Below are positions 26,871-39,893 of a DNA stretch of 64,000 nt, in pieces. The position numbers and the translations under genes were made by a program. Location: the NCBI GenBank assembly GCA_963575745.1, contig CAUYUJ010000248.1, positions 496,001 through 560,000 on the forward strand. The letters run 5' to 3'. Each line of letters begins with the position of its first letter. Positions within the stretch are counted from its first letter, which is position 1. A model generated the notes under the pieces. That model was given only the letters and a program-made list of their open reading frames with translations. It searched no databases and had not been told where the DNA came from. Source of the stretch: Prorocentrum cordatum (taxonomy: Eukaryota).

Positions 26871-27590
26871 GGGGCTGCCGAAACATTGCCCTGGTGAAAA
26901 ACGCTGTGTTTCCCTGATATTCCTGACCTTCCCAGGGATTACCCCTGAGAAAACGCTGTGTTTCCCTGATATTCCTGATATTCCTGACATTTCCAGAGAC
27001 TACCCAGGCGCCGAGGCCACCTGGGGCTGCCGAAACATTGCCCTGGTGAAAAACGCTGTGTTTTCCTGATGTTCCTGACCTTCCCAGGGATTACCCCTGA
27101 GAAAACGCTGTGTTTCCCTGATATTCCTGCTATTCCTGACATTTCCAGAGACTACCCAGGCGCCGAGGCCTCCTGGGGCTGCCGAAACATTGCCGTGGTG
27201 AAAAACGCTGTGTTTTCCTGATATTCCTGACCGTCCCAGGGATTACCCCTGAGAAAACGCTGTGTTTTCCTGATATCCCTGATATTCCTGACATTTTCAG
27301 AGACTACCGTGAGCCTGCAGGGTAGTCTCTAGAAATGTCAGGCATATCAGGAATACCAGGAAACACACAGCGTTTTCTCAGGGGTAATCCCTGGGAAGGT
27401 CAGGAATATCAGGAAAACACAACGTTTTCCACCAGGGCAATGTTTCGGCAGCCCCAGGAGGCCTCGGCGCCTGGGTAGTCTCTGGAAATGTCAGGAATAT
27501 CAGGAATATCAGGAAAACGCAGCGTTTTCTCAGGGGTAATCCCTGGGAAGGTCAGGAATATCAGGAAAACACAGCGTTTTTCACCAGGGC
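26871..27590. repeat. 152-bp tandem repeat folded into a large inverted repeat centred at ~27315
   Basis: Three + units at 26871, 27023, 27175, then ~1.8 inverted units from 27321. Confidence 0.9.
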
Positions 27591-27714
27591 CATCTCTGGG
27601 AAGATCTTGGAAATCTGGAAAATCTGGTAAACGGTATTTTTTCAAGAGCAGGAGGATGATAATCAAATTGTGTAGATTCAAAAGGGCAGCGTTGGCCGTC
27701 GGCTGCCCCCCGTC

Positions 27715-29510
27715 AGTTGTGAACGCAGCTCCCCAATCAGTTCTGCGAGCAGCCTCCTGCTACGAAACACTACTCGCAAAACTAGCTGTGAACGCCGCTC
27801 CACACCTAGTTTTGCGAGTGATGTCTTCCTCCTCACCCTCGTCATGCTCCTCACCCTCCTCTTCTTCCTCCTCCTACTCCTCCTGCTCCTCCCCATCCTT
27901 CCTCCTCCTTCTTTTCTTCACTCAACCCCACCTCTCCGCTTCATGGCGTCACTCACAAATCTAGTTGCGAACGCAGCTCCGCAACCAGTTTTGCGAGCAG
28001 CCTCCTGATAAGAGACATTACTCGCAAATCTAAATGTGAACGCCGCTCCACACCTAGTTTTGTGAGTAAGGTGTTGCTCCTCACCTTCGTCATGCTCCTC
28101 ACCCTCCTCTTCTTCCTCCTCCTACTCCTCCTGCTCCTCCCCCCTTCCTCCTCCTTCGTTTCTTCACTCTACCCCCACCTCCGCTTCGTGGCGTCACTCG
28201 CAAATCTAGTTATGAACGCAGCTCCACAACCAGTTTTGCGAGCAGCCTCCTGCTGCGAAACATTACTCGCAAAACTAGCTGTGAACGCAGCTCCACACCT
28301 AGTTTTGTGAGTAAGGTGTTGTTCCTCACCTTCGTCATGCTCCTCACCCTCCCCTTCTTCCTCCTCCTACTCCTCCTGCTCCTCCCCCCTCCTCCTTCTT
28401 TTCTTCACTTTACCCCCACCTCCCCGTTTCGTGGCGTCACTCGCAAATCTAGTTGTGAACGCAGCTCCCCAATCAGTTCTGCGCGCAGCCTCCTGCTACG
28501 AAACATTACTCGCAAAACTAGCTGTGAACGCCGCTCCACACCTAGTTTTGTGAGTAAGGTGTTGCTCCTCACCTTCGTCATGCTCTTCACCCTCCTCTTC
28601 TTCCTCCTCCGACTCCTGCTGCTCCTCCCCCCTCCTCCTTCTTTTCTTCACTTTACCCCCACCTCTCCGCTTCGTGGCGTCACTCACAAATCTAGTTGTG
28701 AACGCAGCTCCCCAATCAGTTCTGCGAGCAGCCTCCTGCTACGAAACACTACTCGCAAAACTAGCTGTGAACGCCGCTCCACACCTAGTTTTGTGAGTGA
28801 TGTCTTCCTCCTCACCTTCGTCATGCTCCTCACGTTCCTCTTTTTCCTCCTCCTACTCCTCCTGCTCCTCCCCATCCTTCCTCCTCCTTCTTTTCTTCAC
28901 TCAACCCCACCTCTCCGCTTCATGGTGTCACTCACAAATCTAGTTGCGAACGCAGCTCCGCAACCAGTTTTGCGAGCCGCCTCTTGATAAGAGACATTAC
29001 TCGCAAAACTAAATGTGAACGCCGCTCCACACCTAGTTTTGTGAGTAAGGTGTTGCTCCTCACCTTCGTCATGCTCCTCACCCTCCTCTTCTTCCTCCTC
29101 CTACTCCTCCTGCTCCTCCCCCCTTCCTCCTCCTTCGTTTCTTCACTCTACCCCCACCTCTCCGCTTCGTGGCGTCACTCGCAAATCTAGTTATGAACGC
29201 AGCTCCACAACCAGTTTTGTGAGCAGCCTCCTGCTACGAAACATTACTCGCAAAACTAGCTGTGAACGCCGCTCCACACCTAGTTTTGTGAGTAAGGTGT
29301 TGCTCCTCACCTTCGTCGTGCTCCTCGCCCTCCTCTTATTCCTCCTCCTACTCCTCCTGCTGCTACGGCTCCTGATCACTCAGCCCCTCCTCTCCACTTC
29401 GAGGCGTTACCCTCCAATCTAATTGCGAATGCAACTCCACAACAAACCTTGCGAGCAACCTTCCGCTACGAATCATTATTCGCAAAACTTGTTGTGAACG
29501 CCGCTCCACA
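27715..29510. repeat. ~245-bp satellite x7.5 with ~980-bp higher-order repeat
   Basis: Monomers start near 27715, 27963, 28208, 28451, 28693, 28942, 29189, 29422. Diagnostic variants pair monomers 1/5, 2/6, 3/7. Confidence 0.9.
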
Positions 29511-29599
29511 GCTAGGAAGAGGCGGTGGAAAATGGGGGAGGATGTTGCTCAACTATGGCTGGTGCCACTGGAGCTCGGCATTCACCAGATGACGCGGAG

Positions 29600-30430
29600 G
29601 AGGAGGAGGAGAACAAGGGGCTCAATTTTGAGGAGTAGGGCAAATATGGTTTGGAGGAGAAGGTGGAGGAGGAGGTGGTGGAGGGGGAGGAGGAGGAGAC
29701 GATGAGCAGGAGGACAACCATTGGGAGGAGGAGGAGAAGGAGGAGGAGGAAGAGGTGAATGAGGATTCAGAGAAGGAGGAGAAGGAATAATAGTAGGAGG
29801 ATTCTGATGAGGAGGACAAACATGAGGGAGAGCTTGAGGAGAATTTAAAGAAGGAGGAGGGGAAGAGAAGCAGGAGGAGGACACTGAGTTTAAATTTGCG
29901 GAATCGGAATAGGAGGAGGACAACATGCCGAAGAGGAGATGGAGGGGGATTCAGAGAAGGAAGATGAAGAGGACAAGGAGGAGGAGGAGGAGGAGGAAGA
30001 GGAGGACAAGGAGTTTGAAAGTGAGAGGGGGTAGGAGGAGGAGAATGATGAGGACAAACATGAGGAAGAAGTGGGTGAGGATTCATAGAATGAGGCGGAC
30101 GAGGGGAAGGAGAAGGAAGAGGAGGAGGAAGAGAAGAGTTGAGGCCAATGCATTTGATTTTGAAGCGGAGGGGGAAGAAGACAAACATAAGGAGGAAGAG
30201 GATGTGGAGGAGGATTGGGAGACGGCAGAGGAGGAAAATGAGGAGGAGGACGAGGAGGACAAGGCGTTTGGTATCGAGGAGGAGGAGGAAGATGAGGACG
30301 AGGAGGAGAGGACAATTATGAGGAGAAGGTGGAGAAAGCTTCAAAGAAGAAAGATGAGAAAGAGAAAGAGAGGGAGGGGGAGCTTGAGGTTGAGAAGGAG
30401 TAGGATGCTGAGGAGGAGGAGGAGGGGCAT
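29600..30430. repeat. Degenerate GGA/GA-rich low-complexity tract
   Basis: Direct reading. Confidence 0.9.
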
Positions 30431-30795
30431 CATAAACATGAGATGGTGAGATTGGGTTGCAATGCGCCGCGAAAGACTGAAGTCGCTTCGCGCTGAAGTG
30501 TTTGGATTGCAATCGACGGAATTGCGGTTTGCAACGTAGCAAACCATCATGAAGAAAATCAGGAGGAAGGAACGGGTTATGATGACTGGAGGGATGATGG
30601 GAGAATGTGTATGATCATGTGGGGGTATACATATATATATGTATATATAGGATGGTTTAAACATATATGAGGTTAATGCATGGTTAATGTATGAATACAG
30701 TTATGCATTAGCTCAGCGTTGTTTTTAATGCTAGATCCTTGCGTCTTCAATACATGATCCGCACGCGGAGCATGTATAAAACAACGGCACTGCAC

Positions 30796-31262
30796 GGAGG
30801 ACGAAGCTCGTTAAGCCGTCCACGCCCAGTTGCCATTCTGAACAGAAGTTCGGATCTACCGCCCCCATGCCCCGAGGGACAAAACCCTCGCGCAGGCAGG
30901 GGAAGGAAGGATTTGCTTAGCATAAGGAGGACGAAGCTCGTGAAAGCGTCCACGTCCAGGTGCCATCCTGAACAGAAGGTCGGATCTACCGCTTCCATGC
31001 CCCGAGGGACAAAACCCTCGCGCAGGCAGGGGACGGAGGGATTTTTTAGCATAAGGAGGACAACGCTCGTTAAACCGTCTACGCCCAGCTGCCATTCTGA
31101 ACAGTAGTTCGGATCTACCGCCCCCATCCCCCGAGGGACAATATCCTTCGCGCAGGCAGGGGAAGGAGGGATGTTTATCATAAGGAAGACGAAACTCGTT
31201 AAACCGTCTAAGCCCAGCCGTCATTCTGAACAGAAAGTTCGGATCTACCACCCCCCATCCCC
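30796..31262. repeat. ~129-bp tandem repeat x3.6
   Basis: GGAGGACGAAGCTCGTT...GCCATTCTGAACAG..GTTCGGATCTACC recurs at ~30796, 30926, 31055, 31184. Confidence 0.9.
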
Positions 31263-33076
31263 CTGTTCTTCGCGCTTCCCTCTGGGATCGTACAAGTTAC
31301 TTAGATTTCCGCCCCATCGCTCATGTCAAAGATGACCTCGTTCCATCCCAGCGAGTGCCCTTACAACTTCTCCTCGCCCCTGATGAATAATACTATGCGC
31401 GCGAATTCGTTTATCAAAAGCCATCGCTTTTCAATACCCTTGCAAACAATAGGACAGAGTCCACCCGCGCGTGGCGTCGCGCGCGTACGTCGAAATCCTT
31501 TGAGTACCGCCAATTATCTAAGGGTTTGAGTACCCAGCTGCCCGAAAACATGTGAAGATAAGCGCGGCTGTGCAACATGATTCCTCAGAACCAGTTTGCG
31601 TGCGCGCCCCTGCGAATCCTGACGACAACTCTCAGTTTTTCAAGCAGTTTCACTACATGCGACCAGCTGTGCCTATCACGCGCGCATGTCGACATCGATC
31701 GGATTCCCTTGCGGGCTTGCTTGGGGGGGGCACGATCTCTTTGAACAATTGCCATGCAGGCCACTCGCGTCCGTCGGACGCGCGGGCATGGCGACATCTT
31801 TCTAAAACCTTCATTACCGACATGTGTACACAATCATCGTCGCCGGCGTGATCAGCATCGGCGCGTTCATTGGCCGCGCCGTCACCAGCATCGACACTAT
31901 CTCACCTTGCCTGCCGTTGTCGACGTCGCCATGATGCCGCGCCCGCCCGAGTCACCGACTCCTATTGAAGTGCCCGCGCGTCAGCGCGGCCTGCGAGACG
32001 CGCTAGAAATCCCCAGCGGTCAGCGCCACCGCGGCCGCGTCGGTCACGCCAGACTAGCTGGCCGCTGTGCCGCGAGCCTGCGTGCGCTAGCGCGGCCGCT
32101 GCAATGCGCAAGCCAGCGCCAAGCAGTCATCGCAATCGCCGCCGCAAGGGTTTTGCAAGCGAAATTGCGGCTGTATGGGTGGGATGTTTTCGCGAGCAGC
32201 GGGGTGAACAACCCACTACGCGCAACAGTTCGAGGCACCACGTCGATTGCTCCGCAAAGCTTGCACCACATGGATTGCACAGCGCAGATCGCGCTACATC
32301 GATTGCACCACGTAGATTGCACCATATAGATTGCACAACATGGGTTGCACCATATTGCACCACATATATTGCCCCACATAGCCTGCACACTTTACCACTG
32401 CCAGGAGCACGTCGTGCGGGGCCCACGCTGTTGAACTTGCTCACGCCTGCGTTATTTCCCAACCATCCTGTGGTGTTGTTTCCCCGTTTCCTTCGTTACT
32501 CCTCCCGCTCCCTCCTTCCTCCCTCACCTATTTCTCCTCCCTCCTTTCTCTCGTCGTTCCTCGTTCCTCCTCCCTCCTCCCTCCTCTCTCTCCTCCCTCT
32601 CCCGCACCCCGCGTTCCTTCGCTCCTCATCCCCCTCCTCCCTCCTCCCATCCCTGCTTCTGTCCTGCATAGGCCCTCATCTCATCACCATCGTGCGCGCC
32701 CGCGCCGTCCAAGACGGGCCCGGGATCCGCTTGTGGGGAGGAGCAGGGTCACGACCAGGGCGACGGCGGCGGCCAAGTGCCACGGAGACGGCGCCGTTGT
32801 CGGCGGCGACTGCGGTGTGGCGATGGCGAAGACCACGGCGGCGCGAGCTCTGCCGCGGCGCCGCCGTTTTCCGCGGCGAGCCCGCGGCGCCCCGCCGCTG
32901 CCGCAGGAGCCCGCGCCCGCCGCGCCGCCCGGGGCGCCGCTCGCCGCGCGGCCGGAGCCCGCGCCCGCCCCCGCGCTGGCCTGAGCCGCAGCGGTTCGGC
33001 GGGGCGCCCCGCCGTGGGTCGCAGGCGACTCGTCTCCCCCAATCCAATCTCGGAAACTGGAACAGACACACTACCA

Positions 33077-33890
33077 TTATGTCCGGCCTGTCCCCCTACA
33101 GGGGGATTGTCGACGAAAAAAAAAAAGTATCCCAGTGCGAACCTACCCAGGAGTTGGAGGAACCAAGAAAGCAACATCTCACATCGATATGAAGCTAAAC
33201 TAAGCTAAGATGAAGCTAAGCTAAGATGAAATAATCTAAGCTAAGATGAGATAAGCAACGCGAATCTAATGGAACGTCACTGGGGGAACCGCGGGGCGGA
33301 TGCCGGGGGAACCGCCCGGGGCGAGCCCCACTGCCCGGCCCTTTAAGCTTAGCTATGCTATGCTAAACTGCGCTATGCGATGCTATGCTATGCTATGCTG
33401 CGCTATGCTATGCTTGGTTATGTTATTATATGCTATGCTAATGCAGCGCTGCGCTATGCTAAGTTAAACTAAACTAAGCTAAGCTAAGCTAACCTTCTAA
33501 GCAGAGCCTAGGTAGGGAATTACACCCATGCTATGCTATGCGATGTTGCGCTATACTATGCTACGCTATGCTGTGCTATGATGTGATATGCTATGCTAAA
33601 GCTCAGCGAAGCTAACATGAAGGTACGCTAAGCTAAGATAAAACTGAGGTAAGATGAAGCTAAGCTAAGGTAAGCTGAAACATGCTAAGCTAAGATGAGA
33701 TAAGCAACGCGAAGCTAAGGGAACGTCACTGGGGGAACCGCGGGGCGGATGCCGGGGGAACCGCCCGGGGCGCATTCCACTGCCCGGCCCTTTAAGCCTC
33801 AGAGTAAGAACCTTTCTAGGCAGAGCCTAGGTAGGGAACTACCCCCAAAATAGCCGAAAATCCCCCTGTAGGGGGACACGCCCGACATAA
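33077..33890. mobile_element. MITE family A, long copy with internal GCTAA/GCTAT pentamer arrays
   Basis: TIRs TTATGTCCGGCCTGTCCCCCTACAGGGGGATT / AATCCCCCTGTAGGGGGACACGCCCGACATAA; 8-bp TSD CACTACCA/CATTACCA. Confidence 0.8.
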
Positions 33891-34439
33891 CATTACCAGT
33901 GGCGTGCTGTTTTTCAATCCTATCGGAGGTGGATAGACCTCCTACCCTGACACGTCGATTGAGGGATTGGCCGTTGTCGGTTCGCGAGAGGGCGTCGCGG
34001 CCGTCATTTTTGCTTGCCCAGGTCCGTCGGTTTCGGTCCCAGGCCGTTTTCACTAGAGGGAGGTTTACTAAAGGGAGGTTTGTCCACCGCCGATCCTTGG
34101 GTTTCTTGAGGGTCCAGGACGACGCTGGAGTGGTGTGGTGTATACTTGTTTCATCCGATGTCCCGCGGAAACAACGAAACATGATACACCAGGGTCCCTT
34201 ATACACCAGGATCCGCTCTCCAGTGCAAATTCGAATGCAGGGCCGGAAGAAGCGTCGGTGTGTAGAGTTCGATTCCCTACAATCCACGAGTTCCGTCCCC
34301 AAAAGAGTGCCCGCGCCTCGAGGAAATGGAGAGGGCGTCTTTTGTTCCTAGTTTCCGGCCGTTGGGGGCCTCCGCCGGGCCTCGGGGCCGCCCAAAAGAC
34401 GGGCCAGGGTGAGAAGCTGGTCCCAGGGAATGCGTCGAG

Positions 34440-34560
34440 GCCACATGCGAATCTTACCCCTACCCCCCACGATTTCTGAGGGGGAGGGTGGGGTCCACTT
34501 CGTTCGAGAGCTCCCGAGCGAAGTGAACCCCACCCTCCCCCTCAGAAATCGTGGGGGGTA
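34440..34560. mobile_element. Palindromic (hairpin) element, main part; right end displaced to 46361-46388
   Basis: 34461-34560 is a 100-bp palindrome with 3 mismatches. The outer left arm GGCCACATGCGAATCTTACCCC pairs with GTGGTAGGGTTCGCATGTGGCC at 46361. 17-bp direct repeat CCAGGGAATGCGTCGAG at 34423 and 46389. Confidence 0.85.
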
Positions 34561-35049
34561 CTGAGATGGTCAGGGTGGTTACTATCTAGATGATTGGGTT
34601 CTATGGGTTTACTGAATGCTTAGAGGGGTTTGTAATGAGGTTAGGAAACCCAGATAGGTATTTACATTTAGCGCGGTTAGGCAAAGAGGAAAGGGAGGAT
34701 AGCTAAGTAGGTTAGGGCGGTAAGGTTAACTTGAGCTATCCAGGTTAGATGTTGATCTATGTGGTTCTGATCTGATTTACATCGGGATTATCTTCGCGCT
34801 GAGGGGTGGCGGTGATTCACCGTGAGGCGTGTAGCATACAGAAGAAAATTGGCAAGCTTGCAATTCGAAATGAAAGAGCATCGGCGGAACACTTGCACAG
34901 TGCGTTTTTTTTCAACCTTACTCTCACGGCCGTCGGCTGCAAACCAGACCCTGCTTGCGGAAAACTCAACGCTGCTTGCACCCCCTTCCCCTCCGTTTTT
35001 TGTGTTGCCTGCTGCGTAGCCCCTCCCCTCAAAAACCCACGAGCCAAGT

Positions 35050-37083
35050 TCACCTCAACATCTGCTTGACGGTTGGTGGAAGTATGATCTGCGAAACCTC
35101 TCCGACGCCAGCCCTCCTATAAACGCATGGTTCTATGATGTTGTCAGACAACATGAGGGCTGGGCTATCGGCAACTATACACTTGGCAACATTACCTGAA
35201 GTTTCAAGGTGGGTCCACTGTGATACACCCGTCATGCAAACCCCATGCACTGCACAGTGGAAAATCACCTGCCCGAAAGAAAGAATGCCGCCACGCCAAA
35301 AAGCTACAACATCATGCACTTTAACTCTCTTGTGCTTGATGTACATCTTACTTGACGTCAACACTTCGGTATGGAGATCCCTACCAAGAGTGACCAACAC
35401 TGCCTCCTGTAGGTTCTTGGGGGCGGGCCTTGGATTGCACAGGCCGACACCGCCTATGGGAGTGTGGAGGTCCCACAGGTGTTGCAGCGTTACTTCCTCC
35501 ATGAGGCCGCGGCTGTATCCTGTGAGATTCTGCCGCGGCGTCGCAAACCTCTTGAGCACCCTGTGCTTCATCTCCATGAGGAAGCACGATGGCAAAATGC
35601 CATGCTTTTCCAACTGGAGGCCAAGATGCAGCAGAAAATGAAACTTTGGAAGCCATAGCTCGCCACTGTAACAAACGAGATGCAACTTTAGATGCTTGGC
35701 AACAGTATCTTGGAGCTCTCGTGGGGCGACTTTCCCAGAATTCACAATTGTAAGTAAATCCAGCGCATCTGCCAAAGCAATCCCACATATGCACTCCTGC
35801 TGGCAATGGCCTGACGGCCATACGACATCCAGCAGGTATTTACGCAGCACTGGGGCACAACTCAACATTGACGATGCATCGCCCGATGGTGAATGATCTG
35901 CGTGGGAAGCACACACATCGCTTCCCTTTGCATAACAACCAGGCCAGGACCACAATTGTAAGTATTCGTCAAACTCTTTGCCACCGAGTCCAAACGGGGT
36001 CAACCTTGAAAGCAGCTCCGTGACCTCCTTGGGGAAAGCTCCACCAATGAAATACGAATGCATCCAATCCCATGCCCATGTTTTCGATAAGTCGATCCCC
36101 ACATCAGGGCTCTGCAACAGCCCTGTCGGTATGAAGTTGTACCCAAACAACGTTTCAAGTTTACCCAACTTTGTTTTCTCATTGGCATCGTGCAAGTCCT
36201 TCAGTCGCTTCTGAATGTCCATCAACCCGTCATGAGAATGAAACTCGAATTTCCTCACATCCACCTCAGTCGATGGCACGGGATAGTTATTGGGGCACGG
36301 TAGCAACGACGATTTGAAATTGACAACGTTTCTGCATATGCCACAGATTTTGTGGCCTGTTGCGCCCATTGCCCCAGTGCAATACTTGTGCGCTCTTTCG
36401 TCTTGGACCAAAATGAAAATCTCTCTATACACAACCCGAGGAGCACTCTCCCCAGGTAGCTGGAGAAGGGCGCCTTTGCGGATGTCGCTCGTGCCTTTCG
36501 TGAAACATTCAACTGCATATTTGAACAACTCGCTCATGCCGCCACGAAGGCATTTCACTGTGTCCGAAGTTGGTGCCGTGAGCGTATTCCACGCTAATTC
36601 GTCGGAAAGGACTGGGTATTGCAGATCGGCCCAGCTCCAATAGACAGCCTGCATTGAGCGTGTGTTGTGGTCACTGAGAGCATTTCCAGGGACCACTTCG
36701 TCTGAGTACATGATAACCCTCATGCGGTTGGACGAGCGGTCCAACGATGACTTCACTAACTCAGCAAATCTCGAACATTCCTTGGACGCGACCTCTAGCC
36801 AGCCAAGTGGGTGCTGGAACGTGATGTCGACGTTCACTGGTTTCCCCCTTTTGTTTGCGCCGTCGAAATGCCTGGTCTGGAGAAGAGGGCCGTGGGTAGT
36901 CTTTTGAAATGCAATCTTTTGCCGATGTCTCCTCTGGGTCGCAGTCGAAAAATGTTCGGGGAGAGGCTGATCTCGCAACTGTTTCAAAAGAGCGCACAGC
37001 GCCGAGGATGTGACATGGCTGGTCCTTCCCAGATCGACCAGTCGGCGCCTTTTCGCCTCTGGGGCGGAGGCCGTGGCAGACAT
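35050..37083 (-). CDS. CMC/EnSpm-type DDE transposase, intact and intronless (~677 aa)
   Basis: Motifs in family order: IMYSDEVVPGN..AVYWSW; LVQDERAH; CGIC; DWMHSYFIGG; PKFHFLLH; CFLMEMKHRVLK. N-terminal KRRR is NLS-like. Confidence 0.85.
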   Translation of the reverse strand: MSATASAPEAKRRRLVDLGRTSHVTSSALCALLKQLRDQPLPEHFSTATQRRHRQKIAFQKTTHGPLLQTRHFDGANKRGKPVNVDITFQHPLGWLEVASKECSRFAELVKSSLDRSSNRMRVIMYSDEVVPGNALSDHNTRSMQAVYWSWADLQYPVLSDELAWNTLTAPTSDTVKCLRGGMSELFKYAVECFTKGTSDIRKGALLQLPGESAPRVVYREIFILVQDERAHKYCTGAMGATGHKICGICRNVVNFKSSLLPCPNNYPVPSTEVDVRKFEFHSHDGLMDIQKRLKDLHDANEKTKLGKLETLFGYNFIPTGLLQSPDVGIDLSKTWAWDWMHSYFIGGAFPKEVTELLSRLTPFGLGGKEFDEYLQLWSWPGCYAKGSDVCASHADHSPSGDASSMLSCAPVLRKYLLDVVWPSGHCQQECICGIALADALDLLTIVNSGKVAPRELQDTVAKHLKLHLVCYSGELWLPKFHFLLHLGLQLEKHGILPSCFLMEMKHRVLKRFATPRQNLTGYSRGLMEEVTLQHLWDLHTPIGGVGLCNPRPAPKNLQEAVLVTLGRDLHTEVLTSSKMYIKHKRVKVHDVVAFWRGGILSFGQVIFHCAVHGVCMTGVSQWTHLETSGNVAKCIVADSPALMLSDNIIEPCVYRRAGVGEVSQIILPPTVKQMLR

Positions 37084-37096
37084 GCTCCGCAAACAG

Positions 37097-37118
37097 CTCG
37101 AGCCTAAATGGCAACTGT
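37097..37118 (-). other. Relict SL just upstream of the transposase ATG
   Basis: ACAGTTGCCATTTAGGCTCGAG, 18/22, ending 13 nt before the ATG at 37083. Confidence 0.7.
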
Positions 37119-37888
37119 TGCGATGATGATTGCAGGGCCGCAGTTGCGACCTCGATGGCGATGATGGCGGTGCGTTGCAAGTAATGTTATGACGACGATG
37201 ACGCTAACAAGTGTTAATGATACGTACTTGCAGTAATGACGGTGACAATGTACATATCGGTGGATCGCAATCTAAGGACGGTAGCGTGGATTCTTAGGGG
37301 GGGTGGGTGCGATGTTTGCGCTGCTCTTGGATTGGGAAAGTGTCGAAAAAGGCCTGCCCTCCGAAAGCCGCATTCGCCGCGGTGCCGCCCAACCTCGGGG
37401 CGCGGGGGGCCGCGGGTAACGGTGCCACGGACGCTTGCCAGTTATCCAAATCTTTTTTTCAAGCTAAAGCTCGAAACCTACTGATGTCATCTGAGGCGCG
37501 AAACAAATCGCTCAAGAGACTGCACGCTCGCGAGAAGGACTGTCGACTGCACTCCCCGATGCTGTCAGACAGTGCCAAGGCGCGGGGGAGTGGGGGAGAG
37601 TGAGCACGACCGCCACCGCGACCGCGACCACGACGTCGACGACGACGACGATAATGACGACGACGACGACGACCCCTAAGCCCAGAGGAGAGCAGCAGCA
37701 GTAGCAGCAGGAAGAAGATGCAGACAGGGCTCTGGAACCCACATTTGATGCGGAGACGCGGCGAGGGGAGGGGGAGGGGAGAGGGGGAGAAATAGAGACA
37801 GAGCGAGAGAGGGGGGCGCCGCTACGAGCTGCAAGTGTCCATGCGTCTTGCACGCATGATTGCACCCTATACTCCGTGCCGTGCTACT

Positions 37889-39893
37889 CTATTTCGCGCC
37901 GTGCTTTGCGTAACCTGCTCTTGCGGCCTTGTAGGCTGCTGCTGCTGCTTGCTTCTGCCCCTCAGCGCAGAGCCCCGCATCAACGGCGAGCTTCCTCCCC
38001 CCAGCGGCTGCCCTCGTAGTGAATGCCCTTCCGTCCTGCCCTTGCACTCGGACGGCTTCAGGAGCGGTTTGAAGTCGAGCTTGTCCACACCTCCCTCCCC
38101 CTGCATTTGGCGTAGGAAGCGCATGACAGGGCCAGGGGGGGTGAGGGAGAGGAGTTTCGTAAGAGCGCACCCCTTCCCCCCTGGGAGACGGAGGACAGGG
38201 ATACCGAGGCAGGGGACGAGCAAGGCGAGGCATCAACAACCTTCGAAAACAACCGAGCTAAACTTCAAGAGGCGAGACAGAGAGAGCGAAGCAAATGTAC
38301 TGCAAACCCACTCTTAAGTGCTCGTTTCTCACGTGCTCATCCTCCGATGTCCTCATTGTGGCTTCCTGTTGTTTCGTGTTCGTCTCATGTTTCCTCCGAG
38401 CCTCGTTCTCCTCCTCTTCCCCCGCCCCTCCCTGCCTCACCCGCCTCTCCATCACTCCCTCCCTCCATCACTCCCTCCATCACTCCCTTCCACTATCCTC
38501 GCTATCGTCCATGGCCCCACTGCCCCAAACCTTTGACGATCTTGATCGCGCTGCCCTTCGGCGCGGCGTCGGCGGCCTTGGCCTTGGCCTTGGCCTTCGC
38601 GGTCCCCTTGCTGCCCATGCCCTTCGCCTTGCCCTTCGCCTTGGCCTTAGCCTTGCTCTTCGCCCTCGCGCCCGCCTCGGCCGAGGCTTCGAGCATCTTC
38701 CGCTCGAACTCTTCTATGGTGTCGCCAGCGCCAGCGCCTCTGTCAGCCGCCAGGGGCTGCTGGGCCGCGCCAGGCAAGTCCGCGCCAGGCGAGCCCACAA
38801 GAGGCGAGTCCCAGCCAGGGCCACTGAGAGGGCTGCTCGCCGTAGAAACAGCAGCGGCACCCATCGGACTACCAGAACCGTCTGCGACAGCGGAGGGCCC
38901 ATGTGGCCCGACGGCGGCGCCACCCCTGGGAGGGTTGTAGATCATCCCTGGGATGACGTCCTGGCTCTGCTGCTGCTGCCGCTGCTGCATCTCGTACGCC
39001 ATCTGCATCATCTGCATCATCTGCGGGTTCATCGGGAAGCCAAAGTTGGGGAACTGGTGCTGGGGGGACTGGGTGGCCAACTGCATCTGCTGCTGCGGCG
39101 GCGGCGCTTGCGGCTTAGCCTCGGCCTTTAGGGCGCGGGCACTGCCCCTCACCCAGACGGTGTTGTAGACTTGCTCCAGCCCAGGCAACGTCGGCGTAAC
39201 TGGTTGATCGTCCCCATACGCATGCTTGAACTCCTGCGGGCTGAACTGGTCGGGCGACTCGGGATACCTTTTGCGGTGGGTGAACGGGCACCTGCCGCGC
39301 TGAGCGTCCAAGGCTTTGACGGCCGTTTGGAACTTCCTGGCCAAGGTCTGCTTGTAGGTCGCGCTCAGCACGTCGTTGTCCAGGTCGGGGCTGGCAACGA
39401 TCAGGATTGCCGCAGCCCTCTTCAGCAGTTTGTTCCCTGGGCATGTGATGCCCATGGAGTGCATCCTCATGGACATGACCCTGACCTTGGGGTCGATGCC
39501 GTGCTCGGGCGATCCGATGAAATCGAAGTCCGACTGAGTGAAGAAGTTCTGCAAGAAGTCGTGGGCCTGCTGAGGCCTGCACCCCGCGCCCTCGCCGTTG
39601 TGGAGCCCTGCGGCGTTGCGCATGGCGTTCTCGTTGAGTGCGTTGGCCAGCTGTATCTTCTGCTCTGGAGAGAACGCCGAAACAGCAACTTGTCGGGATA
39701 CCTGCGTGGCCACATCGTGGTCTACCCCCTCCGAGTTGAAGAACTCCGTCGCCAACATGTTCGCCTGGCTGGTCTTGAGCGCCTCGATGGGTAGACCGCT
39801 CGCCGCCTGAGCGGTCACGTACTGGATGCGCTGCTGCAGGATGGCGCACAAGCGCTGGGCATGGAACGACATTGCTGTCGCCATAGCTGGCAC
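37889..39893 (-). CDS. Transposon accessory protein (~520 aa) with Q/M-rich and KA-rich tracts; probable intron ~38.1-38.5 kb and a frameshift in the last exon
   Basis: ORF 38502-39893 with strong GC3 bias; AAAG|GT donor near 38531; downstream VDKLDFKPLLKPSECKGRTEG / AFTTRAAAGGRKLAVDAG...AYKAARAGYAKHGAK*. Confidence 0.7.

Noticed and set aside
30796..31262. Hammerhead ribozyme/retrozyme array (GACGAAAC seen)
   Set aside because: No properly placed CTGANGA core found on either strand.
34620..34750. Telomeric repeat
   Set aside because: Scattered GGTTAG motifs only, not tandem; more likely subterminal motifs of the transposon.
35135..36907. + strand ORFs overlapping the transposase (likewise those opposite the other element genes)
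   Set aside because: Antisense shadows of GC3-biased coding sequence.
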